From an uncultured Gammaproteobacteria bacterium (GTDB taxonomy: Bacteria > Pseudomonadota > Gammaproteobacteria > DRLM01), in NCBI GenBank assembly GCA_963729605.1, contig CAVSNY010000003.1, forward strand, positions 64,001 to 128,000: a stretch of DNA of 64,000 bases. Reading direction: 5' to 3'. Made by a program: the position numbers and the translations under genes. The notes below the pieces were generated by a model. The model searched no databases and was not told where the DNA came from. It saw only the letters and a program-made list of their open reading frames with translations. Positions 42,071 to 52,701 of this stretch are shown piece after piece; position 1 is the stretch's first letter; each line of letters starts with the position of its first letter.

Positions 42071-42145
42071 TTGAAGAGGCTGTAGTTGAAGATGTTGCAG
42101 TTGAAAAGGCGGTAGTTGAAAAGGCGGTAGTTGAAGAGGCCTGTA
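42071..42145. repeat. Five-copy 15-bp tandem repeat
   Basis: TTGAAGAGGCTGTAG, TTGAAGATGTTGCAG, TTGAAAAGGCGGTAG x2, TTGAAGAGGCCTGTA. Confidence 0.9.
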
Positions 42146-42153
42146 TTAGGCGT

Positions 42154-42251
42154 CCCCTCTCCCCTCGCGGGAGAGGGCCAGGGAGAGGGGGTGGATGGCA
42201 TGGTCGTGCTTGATCACCTCTCCCCAACCCTCTCCTTTCCAGGGCGAGGGG
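42154..42251. repeat. Inverted pair of BoxC-like repeats
   Basis: CCCCTCTCCCCTCGCGGGAGAGGGCCAGGGAGAGGGG and CCTCTCCCCAACCCTCTCCTTTCCAGGGCGAGGGG. Confidence 0.78.
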
Positions 42252-42279
42252 ATATAGTTAAATCACAGTGGAGATAGAC

Positions 42280-42972
42280 ATGCGTTTTTCGATCTATCGT
42301 TACAATCCCGAGACCGATCGCGAGCCGCGCATGCAGCCTTTCGAGCTCGAGGTCGCGCCGGGCATGATGCTGCTCGAAGGGCTACTCAAGCTCAAGCAGG
42401 AAGACGAGACCTTGAGTTTCCGCCATTCCTGCGGCGAAGGGGTGTGCGGTTCCGACGGCATGAACATCAACGGCCGCAACGGTCTGGCATGCATCACGCC
42501 GCTGGCCGGATTGAAGGAGCCGGTGGAGATCCGGCCGTTGCCCGGCATGCCGGTGATCCGCGATCTGGTGGTGGACTTGAGTCAGTTCTATCATCAGTAC
42601 CGCTCCGTCAAACCGTGGCTCACGGTGCACGAGCCCGAGACCGAAGTCGAGTACCGGCAAAGCCCGGCCGAGCGCGACAAGCTGGACGGCCTGTACGAGT
42701 GCATCCTCTGCGCCTGTTGTTCCACCGCCTGTCCGTCGTTCTGGTGGAACCCGGATAAATTCCGCGGCCCCGCCGCGCTGTTGCAGGCCTACCGCTTTTT
42801 GGCGGACAGCCGCGACCAGGCCACCGCCGAACGCTTGAGCGATTTGGAAGGGCCCTACCGTTTGTTCCGTTGCCACACCATCATGAATTGCGTCGAGGTC
42901 TGTCCCAAGGGCCTCAATCCCACCAAGGCCATCGGCGAGATCAAAGAGCTGATGCTCAAACACATGATATGA
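42280..42972 (+). CDS. sdhB: Succinate dehydrogenase iron-sulfur subunit
   Basis: SCGEGVCGSD, CILCACCSTACP, CHTIMNCVEVCP. Confidence 0.97.
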   Translation: MRFSIYRYNPETDREPRMQPFELEVAPGMMLLEGLLKLKQEDETLSFRHSCGEGVCGSDGMNINGRNGLACITPLAGLKEPVEIRPLPGMPVIRDLVVDLSQFYHQYRSVKPWLTVHEPETEVEYRQSPAERDKLDGLYECILCACCSTACPSFWWNPDKFRGPAALLQAYRFLADSRDQATAERLSDLEGPYRLFRCHTIMNCVEVCPKGLNPTKAIGEIKELMLKHMI

Positions 42973-43238
42973 GCGAGACCGCCGCTACTTCCGTCGATCC
43001 CCGGCGCGCGCGTTTGGCGTGGCAATGCCGGCGCGGCATGCTGGAGCTGGATTTGCTGTTGCAGGATTTTCTCGATGAGCATTACGACGGCCTCACGGCG
43101 GCGGAACAGCACTCTTTCGAATTGCTGCTGACCTATCCCGACCAATTACTCCTCGAATATGCCATGGGTCGCAGGTTGCCCGCCGATCCCGCGCTCGCCC
43201 ATGTCGTCACCCGCCTACGCGCTGCCCCTCCGGCTTGA
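42969..43238 (+). CDS. sdhE: FAD assembly factor SdhE
   Basis: WQCRRGMLELD (RGxxE motif); ATG overlaps the sdhB stop. Confidence 0.92.
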   Translation: MSETAATSVDPRRARLAWQCRRGMLELDLLLQDFLDEHYDGLTAAEQHSFELLLTYPDQLLLEYAMGRRLPADPALAHVVTRLRAAPPA

Positions 43239-43647
43239 GCGGCGCTTTTCCCCGGCCTTGGCCTGGACCGTCGGCGGCGTGCACCTGCTCGCGCTGGCGG
43301 TATTGCCGCCGCTATCTTGGCCGTGGTGGGTGAAGCTCGCCTTGGCGGTTGCGGTGCTGGTGCAAGGCGTGTTGATCTGGCGCCGGCAGGTGATGCCGTC
43401 CGCGCCCAATGCGATACGCGGTTTGTTATGGAAGGCGGACGGTGAATGGGAACTCACCCGCGTGGATGGGCAAACCTTCACGGCGCGTTTGCGCCGCGCC
43501 AGTTATGTCCATCCCGCCTTGGTGATCTTGCGTTTCGCGGCCGACGGTGGGGGGCGTCACGCGGTGTTGCTGCCCGCCGACGGGGTGGACGCGGAACTGC
43601 ATCGCCGCCTGCGGGTGGGTTTACGCCTGCATGCCGAACTGGTGTAG
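43201..43647 (+). CDS. ygfX: YgfX/CptA-like membrane protein
   Basis: Two N-terminal TM helices, C-terminal HRRLRV; directly follows sdhE. Confidence 0.7.
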   Translation: MSSPAYALPLRLERRFSPALAWTVGGVHLLALAVLPPLSWPWWVKLALAVAVLVQGVLIWRRQVMPSAPNAIRGLLWKADGEWELTRVDGQTFTARLRRASYVHPALVILRFAADGGGRHAVLLPADGVDAELHRRLRVGLRLHAELV

Positions 43648-43746
43648 CGGCCGGCGATGAAATTTCACTTCGCCTGTGAATACCGGCGCCTGAATTAAGC
43701 GCCGAATCGGCAGGCGAGCTGATAATCGGCGTCGTGGCGCGACGTT

Positions 43747-45392
43747 TTAAAATTGATTCGGCGAGCCCGTGGCGGACCCACTCCGTCCCGCGAATGACGG
43801 CGGCGTGAGTATGGTGTAGCGCGGCGGTTGGCTGGTGTCGAGTTCGGGATAATCCAAGGTGTAATGCAGGCCGCGGCTTTCTTTGCGCAAGGTCGCGCAG
43901 CGGATGATGAGTTCCGCCACCAGGGCGAGGTTGCGCAATTCGATGAGATCGTTGGTGACGCGGAAATTGCCGTAGTATTCGGCGATTTCCTGCAGCAACA
44001 AATCCGCGCGGTGTTTGGCGCGTTGCAGACGCTTGTCGGTGCGGACGATGCCGACGTAGTCCCACATGAAACGTCGCAGCTCGTCCCAGTTGTGCGCCAC
44101 CACCACTTCCTCGTCGGAATCGGTGACCCGACTTTCGTCCCACTCCGGCACCGGTGGCGGGGGGGCGTCGCGGCCAGTTTGGCGTGGATGTCGTCCGCCG
44201 CGGCCTGGCCGAACACCAGGCATTCCAGCAGCGAGTTGCTGGCCATGCGGTTGGCGCCGTGCAGGCCGGTGTGGGCGGTCTCGCCCACCGCGTATAAGCC
44301 TTCGAGATCGGTGCGGCCGTGCAAATCGGTCATCACGCCGCCGCAGGTGTAGTGGGCGGCGGGCACTACCGGGATGGGCTCCTTGGTGATGTCGAAGCCG
44401 AATTCCAGGCAGCGGGCATAAATGGCGGGAAAGTGGCTTTTGATGAAGTCCGCCGGTTTGTGGCTGATATCCAGATAGACGCACTCGGTGCCCAGCCGCT
44501 TCATCTCATAGTCGATGGCGCGGGCGACGATGTCGCGCGGCGCCAGCTCGGCGCGCGGGTCGAACTTCTCCAGGAACGACGTGCCGTCCGGCAGCAGTAA
44601 ACGCCCGCCTTCGCCGCGGATGGCCTCGGTGATGAGGAAGGACTTGGCCTGGGGGTGATACAAACAGGTGGGATGAAATTGGATGAATTCTAAATTGGCG
44701 ACCCGGCACCCGGCGCGCCAGGCCATGGCGATGCCGTCGCCGGTCGAAATGTCCGGGTTGCTGGAATAGAGATACACCTTGCCGGCGCCGCCGGTGGCCA
44801 GCACGACGAACTTGGCGCGCAAGGCCTTCACGTGATTGTGAGTGCGGTCGAATAAATAAGCGCCGTGGCAACGATTGTCCGCCAGCCCGAGCTTTTTGCC
44901 GAAGATCAGGTCGATGGCGATGTGATGCTCGTACAGCTCGATGTTGGGATGGCGGCGCGCCTGCTGTTCCAGGGTCATCTCGATGGCGCGGCCGGTGGCG
45001 TCGGCCGCGTGTAATACGCGGCGGTGGCTGTGGCCGCCCTCGCGGGTGAGGTGATAGTCCAGCGTGCCGTCGGGACGGGTCTCGCGGGTGAAGGGCACGC
45101 CTTGGTCGATCAGCCATTGGATGGCGTCGTGGCCGCGCTCCACGGTGAACCGCACCACCGCTTCATCGCACAAGCCCGCGCCGGTGTTGAGGGTGTCGGC
45201 GATGTGCGAGGCGATGGAATCGTTTTGATCCCACACCGCCGAGATGCCGCCTTGCGCGTACAGGGTCGCGCCTTCCGGCAAGGGGCCTTTGGTGACCAGC
45301 GCGATACGCGCGTGAGGCGCCAGCCGCAAGGCCAGACTGAGCCCGGCCGCGCCGCCGCCGATCAGTAATACGTCGAAGTAAGCTTGTTCCAT
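43747..45392 (-). CDS. nadB: L-aspartate oxidase, with a frameshift at the G7 tract 44159-44165
   Basis: [29 protein letters not shown] in one frame; WDESRV...MWDYVGIVR...ESRGLH in the adjacent frame. Confidence 0.92.
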
Positions 45393-45508
45393 AAAAAAGC
45401 GTGTTGGCTCAGGGGGATTTTAAAGTCATAATGGGTGCATTATTGTTTGAGGCCGGACATTAGCCTATGGGGCCGGGAGCATAGCCTCCGGAACCTGCCG
45501 CGTCCAGC

Positions 45509-45535
45509 GAACTAATGTAAACCGGTACGGTCTAG
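45509..45535 (+). promoter_or_regulatory. SigmaE-dependent promoter of rpoE
   Basis: GAACTA-N16-TCTAG, close to GAACTT-N16-TCTGA. Confidence 0.7.
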
Positions 45536-45583
45536 GGGAATGAGTAAAGGGATTTACTCCTCAGCACGAAGGGGAAGGCCCGA

Positions 45584-46159
45584 ATGGGCGAGCAAAACGT
45601 TGACCAACTTCTTGTTGAGCGCGTTCAGCGAGGTGATAAAAAGGCATTTGACATTCTGGTCGCTAAATATCAGCACAAGATTGTCAAACTCATCTCGCGT
45701 TATATCCGTGATCAATCCGAGGTGTGGGATGTTGCGCAGGACACCTTTATCAAGGCCTATCGCGCCCTCCCCAAGTTTCGAGGGGACAGCGCCTTTTATA
45801 CCTGGCTGTACCGCATCGCGATCAATACGGCCAAGAATTATTTGGTTGCGCAAGGGCGCCGGCCGATGGATGTCGATGTCGATATTCAGGACGCCGAACA
45901 ATTCGAGTCGGCATCCGACTTGCGGGACAACGCCACCCCGGAACGTTTGCTTTTGAAGGACGAGATCGAAAGGACGGTATTCGAAGTGATAGAACAGTTG
46001 CCCGAGGATTTGCGCACCGCGATTACCTTGCGGGAACTGGAAGGCTTGAGTTACGAGGAGATCGCCGAAGCGATGGCTTGTCCGATCGGTACGGTGAGGT
46101 CGCGGATTTTCCGGGCCCGCGAGGCGATTCATAACAAGCTCAAGCCTTTGCTATCCTGA
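45584..46159 (+). CDS. rpoE: RNA polymerase sigma factor RpoE (AlgU)
   Basis: FRGDSAFYTWLYRIAINTAKNYL, GTVRSRIFRARE; divergent from nadB. Confidence 0.97.
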   Translation: MGEQNVDQLLVERVQRGDKKAFDILVAKYQHKIVKLISRYIRDQSEVWDVAQDTFIKAYRALPKFRGDSAFYTWLYRIAINTAKNYLVAQGRRPMDVDVDIQDAEQFESASDLRDNATPERLLLKDEIERTVFEVIEQLPEDLRTAITLRELEGLSYEEIAEAMACPIGTVRSRIFRAREAIHNKLKPLLS

Positions 46160-46204
46160 ACCGTTAGGTTGAAGATACTTAATTTTAAAGAGTGGGGAAG
46201 ACGC

Positions 46205-46813
46205 ATGGCAGACCATCTCGACGAGCAAGTTTCGGCGTTGGTAGACGGCGAGTTGACCAAGGAAGAATGCAAACGCGTGATGGACAGCTTGCGACACGAC
46301 CCCGAGGCCGGAGCGTGTTGGGGCCATTATCATTTGATCAGCGACGCGTTGAAGAACAATCTTCCCGATAAACTCTCCGCCGATTTCGCCGCCCGGATAT
46401 CCCAGGCCCTCGATTCCGAACCCCCGCTGATTTGCGCCCCCTCGACCCGTTCGACTCCTCATCCTTATACCAACCCCGCCATCGGTTTCGCCTTGGCCGC
46501 CTCGGTGGCCGCTGTCGCTTATCTGGGTTTCGGCGGGATGGAAACCCAACAGCCCGCGGTGACGGCCGTGCCGCAGCTCGCGTCCAACGCGCCGCTGGCC
46601 ACTACCCCGCAGCCCCACCCGGTTAGTAAAGTACGGGGACGGGAGTGGGATGCGCAGGAACCGGCGGTGGCATCCAAGTTGAACGACTATCTATTAAGCC
46701 ATGGCCAATATTCGACGGTGGCGGGTATGCAGCGCGGCGTCATGCCGCAAGTGCGTATCGTGGGTTATCAGGGTCCCGAGGATGCCCCGGCTTTTAGCGC
46801 GGATGGCCGTTGA
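46205..46813 (+). CDS. rseA: Anti-sigma factor RseA/MucA
   Basis: EQVSALVDGE, WGHYHLISDAL, ALAASVAA TM helix, LNDYLLSH. Confidence 0.88.
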   Translation: MADHLDEQVSALVDGELTKEECKRVMDSLRHDPEAGACWGHYHLISDALKNNLPDKLSADFAARISQALDSEPPLICAPSTRSTPHPYTNPAIGFALAASVAAVAYLGFGGMETQQPAVTAVPQLASNAPLATTPQPHPVSKVRGREWDAQEPAVASKLNDYLLSHGQYSTVAGMQRGVMPQVRIVGYQGPEDAPAFSADGR

Positions 46814-46972
46814 CGAAGGGTTATGAGTGAGATGGGGTGGGTAGCGGCGGGGCTGGCCGGCCCAGGCGTGAACGCGGCGGAACAGGGCGGTTGGTTTCAA
46901 AAGGCGATTGAACGATATGAAGGCGGCTTTGTGCTAAGGGTGAGGCGATTTTCCGATAATCCGAGCTTCCCG

Positions 46973-47959
46973 ATGTTTGGTCGGTTTTGTCTATTGTCGC
47001 TGCTGCTATGGGGTATGATAGCCGGCGCGGCGCGCGCCGCCGATGGCGAATTGGATGCCAAAGGCTGGCTGAATCGTGTCGTATCCGCCTCCGTCAACCG
47101 CAGTTACGAAGGCACTTTCGTTTATCGCCGTAACGACCAATTGGTGGCGATGCGGATCACCCGTGTCGCGGACGGCAATAACGAACGCGAACGCCTGGTC
47201 GCCTTGAACGGCCGTCAGCGCGAAATCATCCGTGACAGCGACGGGGTGGTGTGTATCCTGCCGGAGCAGAAGCAGGTCACGCTCAGCCGGTCCGGGCTGG
47301 GCAAGCATTTTTCACCCAAATTTCTCGAGAATGTCGCCAAGCTGGAAAAACACTACCGTTTTTCATTGGGCGATTCGGATCGCATCGCCGGGCGTCCGGC
47401 GCGGATGGTGGTGATCGAACCACGCGACACTTTCCGTTACGGTTACCGCATCTGGGTGGATGAAGAGACCGGCCTGCTCTTGCAGTCGGATCTGGTCAAC
47501 GAAGACGGCAATGCCGTCGAGCAAGTGATGTTCACCTGGATTAATCTCGTGCATAAAGTGTCGCCCGCCATGGCGGCGTCGGTGGTGGTGACCGAAGAGA
47601 TGCGCAAGCAAATGAAGGCCGCGGCGCCCCAGACCCAGGCCCAGGCCAACGCGAATCTTTCCTGGAGCATCGGTCAGGCGCCGAGCGGGTTCACCCTTGC
47701 CGAGCGTTATGTGCATCGTACCGATCCCGGGTTGATCGTCGAACATGGCGTGTTATCCGATGGCATGGCCACGGTATCGGTGTTCGTGGAGCCGGTCGGC
47801 AAGGAGGAACCCTTCGAAGGTGTTTCGCACATGGGCGCGGTGAGCGCGTTCGGCGCGGTACTCAATAACCGGCAACTGACGGTGGTGGGTGAGGTGCCGC
47901 TCGCGACGGTGCAGATGATCGGCAAATCGATTTCTTTTCAGAATTCAGGCGGTCGGTGA
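46973..47959 (+). CDS. rseB: RseB/MucB periplasmic regulator (start uncertain)
   Basis: SYEGTFVY, ERLVALNG, RIAGR, FRYGYRIWVD, SDGMATVSVFVE, VGEVP. Confidence 0.9.
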   Translation: MFGRFCLLSLLLWGMIAGAARAADGELDAKGWLNRVVSASVNRSYEGTFVYRRNDQLVAMRITRVADGNNERERLVALNGRQREIIRDSDGVVCILPEQKQVTLSRSGLGKHFSPKFLENVAKLEKHYRFSLGDSDRIAGRPARMVVIEPRDTFRYGYRIWVDEETGLLLQSDLVNEDGNAVEQVMFTWINLVHKVSPAMAASVVVTEEMRKQMKAAAPQTQAQANANLSWSIGQAPSGFTLAERYVHRTDPGLIVEHGVLSDGMATVSVFVEPVGKEEPFEGVSHMGAVSAFGAVLNNRQLTVVGEVPLATVQMIGKSISFQNSGGR

Positions 47960-48116
47960 TCGATCGCCGTGCCCGCGGCTTTGGGAGCGCGGCGTGTCGT
48001 CAAGCGATTGTTTTACGCACGGCGGAGGGCGCGTCGTGCAAGAGTGGAAAAACCCTCGGGGTGGTGATGACGGTTTTTCGTGGTTATCCGATTGTGAACA
48101 AGGGAATCAGGGTCCT

Positions 48117-49571
48117 ATGTTGAAATGGAAACAGAGTCGCGTAATAGTCGGCATGTTGCTCGGAGTTTTTTTGATGACGGCCGGCCCGGTCGATGTGGCG
48201 TTGGCCCAGGCCGGTTTACCGGAATTCACCGGTATCGTTGAAAAGGCCAGCCCCGCCGTGGTGAATATCAGCACCACCCAAACCGTCAAGCAGCGGGTCC
48301 GGCCCGGCTTTCCGCACGGCGAAATGCCGCCGATGCCCGAAGGCACGCCTTTCGATGATTTCTTCCGGCGTTTTTTCGGTGACCGCGAAGGCGGCGGTAT
48401 GGAAGACTTCGACACCCAATCGCTGGGTTCGGGGTTCGTCATCTCGCCGGACGGGTATATTCTGACCAATAATCACGTCATCAAGGATGCCAAGGAAATC
48501 GTGGTGCGGTTGAGCACCCGCCAGGAGTATGTCGCCCAGGTGGTGGGCAGCGATCCGCGCAGCGATGTGGCCTTGTTGAAGATCGACGCGAAGAACCTGC
48601 CGGTGGTGCGCATCGGCAAGTCCACCGATATCAAGGTCGGCGAATGGGTGCTGGCCATCGGTTCGCCCTTCGATTTCGATCACACCGTCACCGCCGGCAT
48701 CGTCAGCGCCCTGGGACGCAGTCTGCCCAATGAAAATTACGTGCCGTTCATTCAGACCGACGTGGCGATCAATCCCGGCAATTCCGGTGGACCACTCTTC
48801 AATCTGGACGGCGAGGTGGTGGGCGTCAATGCCCAAATCTATAGCCGTACCGGCGGTTTCATGGGCCTCTCGTTCGCGATCCCCATCGATCTCGCCATGG
48901 ACGTGGTGGATCAGCTCAAGACCAAGGGCAGCGTCAGTCGCGGCTGGCTGGGTATCTTGATTCAAGACGTGACCCGCGAACTGGCCGAGTCCTTCGGCAT
49001 GGATCGTCCGGGCGGGGCGCTGGTGGCGCAAGTGCTGCCCAACAGTCCGGCGCAGAAGGCCGGCATCCAGGTCGGCGACGTGGTGCTGGAGTTCAATAAC
49101 CGCCCCATCACCGATTCGGCCTCCCTGCCGCATATCGTGGGCCGCGCCCAGGTGGGCGAGGAGATCACGGTGAAGCTGCTGCGCGCCGGCAAACCCCGGT
49201 CCCTCAAGGTCAAGATCGGCGAGCTGCCGCCCGATGAAGACATCAAATTAGCGGAAAACACCCCGCAGGATAAAAAGGTCAACGACCGCATCGGCACCTT
49301 GGTGACCGACCTGACCGAGGAACAAAAACAAAGCCTGGAAGGTAAGAAATCCGGGGTCTTCGTCGAGGATGTCAAAAACGGCGCGGCGCGGACGGCCGGG
49401 GTGCGGCGCGGCGACATCATTCTGATGATCAACAATGTCGATGTGAAAAACGTCAGCCACTTCACCCAGCTGGTGAAGGATTTGCCGGTGGGCAAACCCG
49501 TGCCCATGCTGGTGCGGCGCGGGAACAGCCCGTTGTTCCTCGCGCTCAAACTCACCGACAAGGCGAATTGA
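48117..49571 (+). CDS. mucD: DegP/DegQ-family serine protease MucD with two PDZ domains
   Basis: GSGFVI, TNNHV, SDVALLK, INPGNSGG, PDZ domains; between rseB and lepA. Confidence 0.88.
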   Translation: MLKWKQSRVIVGMLLGVFLMTAGPVDVALAQAGLPEFTGIVEKASPAVVNISTTQTVKQRVRPGFPHGEMPPMPEGTPFDDFFRRFFGDREGGGMEDFDTQSLGSGFVISPDGYILTNNHVIKDAKEIVVRLSTRQEYVAQVVGSDPRSDVALLKIDAKNLPVVRIGKSTDIKVGEWVLAIGSPFDFDHTVTAGIVSALGRSLPNENYVPFIQTDVAINPGNSGGPLFNLDGEVVGVNAQIYSRTGGFMGLSFAIPIDLAMDVVDQLKTKGSVSRGWLGILIQDVTRELAESFGMDRPGGALVAQVLPNSPAQKAGIQVGDVVLEFNNRPITDSASLPHIVGRAQVGEEITVKLLRAGKPRSLKVKIGELPPDEDIKLAENTPQDKKVNDRIGTLVTDLTEEQKQSLEGKKSGVFVEDVKNGAARTAGVRRGDIILMINNVDVKNVSHFTQLVKDLPVGKPVPMLVRRGNSPLFLALKLTDKAN

Positions 49572-49681
49572 GGCCGGCCGCTAGTCCCTTATTTCTCTCG
49601 GAGATTCTGGGAACTGGAAAAATCCGGTACACTTGCCGCCTTTGGGCGGAAGGGTATCCGGATTTTTTCGGTTTCTAAGCT

Positions 49682-51475
49682 ATGAAGCACATTCGTAATT
49701 TTTCCATCATCGCCCACATCGATCACGGTAAATCCACCCTGGCCGACCGGTTCATCCAGTTCTGCGGCGGTTTGACCGACCGGGAAATGGACAGCCAAGT
49801 GCTGGACTCCATGGATTTGGAGCGGGAGCGGGGCATTACCATCAAGGCGCAATGTGTCTCCTTGCAGTTCAAGGCGCGGGACGGCCAAAGCTATCTGCTG
49901 AACTTCATCGACACCCCCGGCCACGTCGATTTCTCTTACGAGGTGTCGCGGTCGCTGGCCGCTTGCGAAGGTGCGCTGCTGGTGGTGGACGCCACCCAGG
50001 GCGTCGAGGCCCAGACCGTCGCCAATTGCTATACCGCCCTCGAACAGGGGCTGGAAGTGGTGCCGGTGTTGAACAAGATCGACCTGCCCACCTCCGATCC
50101 GCTGCGGGTGATACGCGAGATCGAAGAAATCATCGGCATCGAAGCGGAAGATGCGGTCTCGGTGAGCGCCAAGACCGGCCTCGGCGTGCACGAGTTGCTC
50201 GATGAATTGGTCAAACGCATCCCGCCGCCCACCGGCGACGACGACGCGCCGTTGCAGGCGCTGATCATCGACTCCTGGTTCGATAATTATCTCGGCGTGG
50301 TGTCCTTGGTGCGGGTGATGCAGGGCACCTTGTCGGCCAAGGACCGCATCACCGTGATGTCCACCGGCCGCAATCATCATGTGGATCGGGTGGGCATCTT
50401 CACCCCCAAGCAGAAAGACCAGCCTTCGCTCAAGGCGGGCGAGGTGGGTTACGTCATCGCCGGCATCAAGGAAGTGGACGGCGCGCCGGTGGGCGATACC
50501 CTCACGCATACTCAGCGGCCCGCGGCGGAGGCCTTGGGCGGCTTCAAAAAGGTCCAGCCGCAGGTCTTCGCCGGCCTGTTCCCCGTGACGGCGGAGCAGT
50601 ACGAGGAATTGCGCGAAGCGCTCGCCAAACTCCGGCTCAACGATTCATCGCTGTTTTACGAACCCGAGTCCTCGCAGGCACTGGGTTTCGGCTTCCGCTG
50701 CGGTTTCCTCGGCATGCTGCATATGGAGATCGTGCAGGAACGCCTCGAGCGGGAATACGATCTCGACCTCATCATCACCGCGCCGACCGTGATCTACGAA
50801 GTGCTCACCCGGCAGGGCGAGGTGCTGCACGTGGACAACCCGGCCAAGCTGCCGCCCACCGGCGAGATCGCCGAGATGCGCGAGCCGATCATCAGCACCC
50901 ACATCCTGGTGCCGCAAACCCATTTGGGCGCGGTGATCGGCCTCTGCGAAGAGCGGCGCGGCGCGCAGAAGAAGATGCAGTTCCACGGCAATCACGTCGC
51001 CCTCACCTATGAAATGCCGATGGCCGAGGTGGTGATGGACTTCTTCGACCGGCTCAAATCGGTCAGCCGCGGCTTCGCCTCCATGGATTACGCCTTCGAA
51101 CGCTTCGAGCCGGCGGACCTGGTCAAGCTCGACGTGATGATCAATAACGAACGGGTCGATGCCTTGTCGGTGATCGTGCACCGTTCCAGCAGCTTTCAGC
51201 GCGGCCGGGAATTGACCGAAAAACTCAAGGAGGTCATCCCGCGCCAGATGTACGACGTGGCCATCCAGGCCTCGATCGGCGCCAAGATCATCGCCCGCGA
51301 GACGGTGAAGGCCTTGCGCAAGAACGTCACGGCCAAGTGTTACGGCGGCGACGCCAGCCGCAAGCGCAAGCTGCTGGAAAAGCAAAAGGCGGGTAAAAAA
51401 CGCATGAAGCAGGTCGGATCGGTCGAGATCCCCCAAGAGGCGTTTATGGCTATATTACAGGTGGGGAAAAAATAA
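49682..51475 (+). CDS. lepA: Elongation factor 4
   Basis: [34 protein letters not shown]. Confidence 0.98.
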   Translation: MKHIRNFSIIAHIDHGKSTLADRFIQFCGGLTDREMDSQVLDSMDLERERGITIKAQCVSLQFKARDGQSYLLNFIDTPGHVDFSYEVSRSLAACEGALLVVDATQGVEAQTVANCYTALEQGLEVVPVLNKIDLPTSDPLRVIREIEEIIGIEAEDAVSVSAKTGLGVHELLDELVKRIPPPTGDDDAPLQALIIDSWFDNYLGVVSLVRVMQGTLSAKDRITVMSTGRNHHVDRVGIFTPKQKDQPSLKAGEVGYVIAGIKEVDGAPVGDTLTHTQRPAAEALGGFKKVQPQVFAGLFPVTAEQYEELREALAKLRLNDSSLFYEPESSQALGFGFRCGFLGMLHMEIVQERLEREYDLDLIITAPTVIYEVLTRQGEVLHVDNPAKLPPTGEIAEMREPIISTHILVPQTHLGAVIGLCEERRGAQKKMQFHGNHVALTYEMPMAEVVMDFFDRLKSVSRGFASMDYAFERFEPADLVKLDVMINNERVDALSVIVHRSSSFQRGRELTEKLKEVIPRQMYDVAIQASIGAKIIARETVKALRKNVTAKCYGGDASRKRKLLEKQKAGKKRMKQVGSVEIPQEAFMAILQVGKK

Positions 51476-52293
51476 TGGATTTCGCGACGATAATGGTGAT
51501 CGCGCTGGTGGTGTGCGGCGTGATCTGGGTCCTGGATGCGCGCTTGTGGGCGCCGCGGCGGCGGGAGGCATTGGAATCGGCGTCCGCGGCGGCGGGCGGT
51601 CAACTCAAAGAAGAAGACCAGCGGCGCATCGCCAAAGAACCGCTGCTGGTGGAATACGCACGCTCCTTTTTCCCGGTGATTTTGATCGTGCTGCTGTTGC
51701 GCTCGTTTCTGGTGGAACCGTTCCGCATCCCTTCCGGTTCGATGATCCCCACCCTCTGGGTCGGCGACTTTATTTTGGTGAATAAATTCGCCTACGGCAT
51801 CCGTCTGCCGGTGGTGGACATGAAGGTCATCGAGATCGGCGCCCCCCGCCGCGGCGACGTGGCGGTATTCCGTTTTCCGCAGGATCCCTCCACCGATTAT
51901 ATAAAGCGGATAATCGGTTTGCCGGGGGACCGCGTCGGCTATCACAATAAGATGCTCTTCATTAATGGCGAGCCGGTGCCGCAACAGTCAGTGGGCCCCT
52001 ACACCGAGGTCAGCACCGGCGTACCGTTGCCGGCCAAGTTGCGCGTGGAGACGGTGGATGGCGTCCAGCACCAAATGGTGGTGCACCCCGATTATTTTGG
52101 CCGACTGGATGCCGGTGAATGGCAGGTCCCCGAAGGCGCTTATTTCGTGATAGGCGACAACCGCGACAACAGCAACGACAGCCGGGCCTGGGGTTTCGTG
52201 CCCGAAAAGAATCTGGTGGGCAAGGCCTTCATGATTTGGATGAATTGGTCGAATGGCGTAACGTGGCACCGGATCGGGGACAGTATTCATTGA
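51475..52293 (+). CDS. lepB: Signal peptidase I
   Basis: IPSGSM, DYIKR, GDNRDNSNDSR. Confidence 0.96.
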   Translation: MDFATIMVIALVVCGVIWVLDARLWAPRRREALESASAAAGGQLKEEDQRRIAKEPLLVEYARSFFPVILIVLLLRSFLVEPFRIPSGSMIPTLWVGDFILVNKFAYGIRLPVVDMKVIEIGAPRRGDVAVFRFPQDPSTDYIKRIIGLPGDRVGYHNKMLFINGEPVPQQSVGPYTEVSTGVPLPAKLRVETVDGVQHQMVVHPDYFGRLDAGEWQVPEGAYFVIGDNRDNSNDSRAWGFVPEKNLVGKAFMIWMNWSNGVTWHRIGDSIH

Positions 52294-52317
52294 TGACAGG
52301 CGACGCTGGAGAGACCG

Positions 52318-52701
52318 ATGAACACGCTTCTTAAAAAAGACAGGCAGTCCGGTATGACGTACATGGGTATGTTGCTCGTGCTCGTCATTTTCGCTTTTTT
52401 CGCGGTGGTGTTGGTGAGGATCGTTCCCCTGTACTTGGAAAATTTCAAGGTTCAGTCGGTTTTAAAATCGCTGCATGAAGACGCGGAAATCGCCCAGTTG
52501 CCGGCCGCCGAGATCGAAAAACGCCTGTTCACGCGGCTCGATATCAATGATGTCGAGCGTGTCAAAAAAGAACATATTAAAATAAGTCGCGACAAGGGCA
52601 AGCTGGTGGTCGCGATCGACTACGAGGCGCGGGTGTCCCTGTTCTTGAATCTGGATCTGGTGGCGAAATTCGATGACGCTATGGAATTGGTGTTGCCTTG
52701 A
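52318..52701 (+). CDS. DUF4845-like pilin-type membrane protein
   Basis: QSGMT followed by a hydrophobic helix, PLYLE, YEARVSLFLNLD; between lepB and rnc. Confidence 0.8.
   Translation: MNTLLKKDRQSGMTYMGMLLVLVIFAFFAVVLVRIVPLYLENFKVQSVLKSLHEDAEIAQLPAAEIEKRLFTRLDINDVERVKKEHIKISRDKGKLVVAIDYEARVSLFLNLDLVAKFDDAMELVLP

Noticed and set aside
42071-42145. 15-bp array as a CRISPR
   Set aside because: Units are contiguous with no unique spacers; no cas genes
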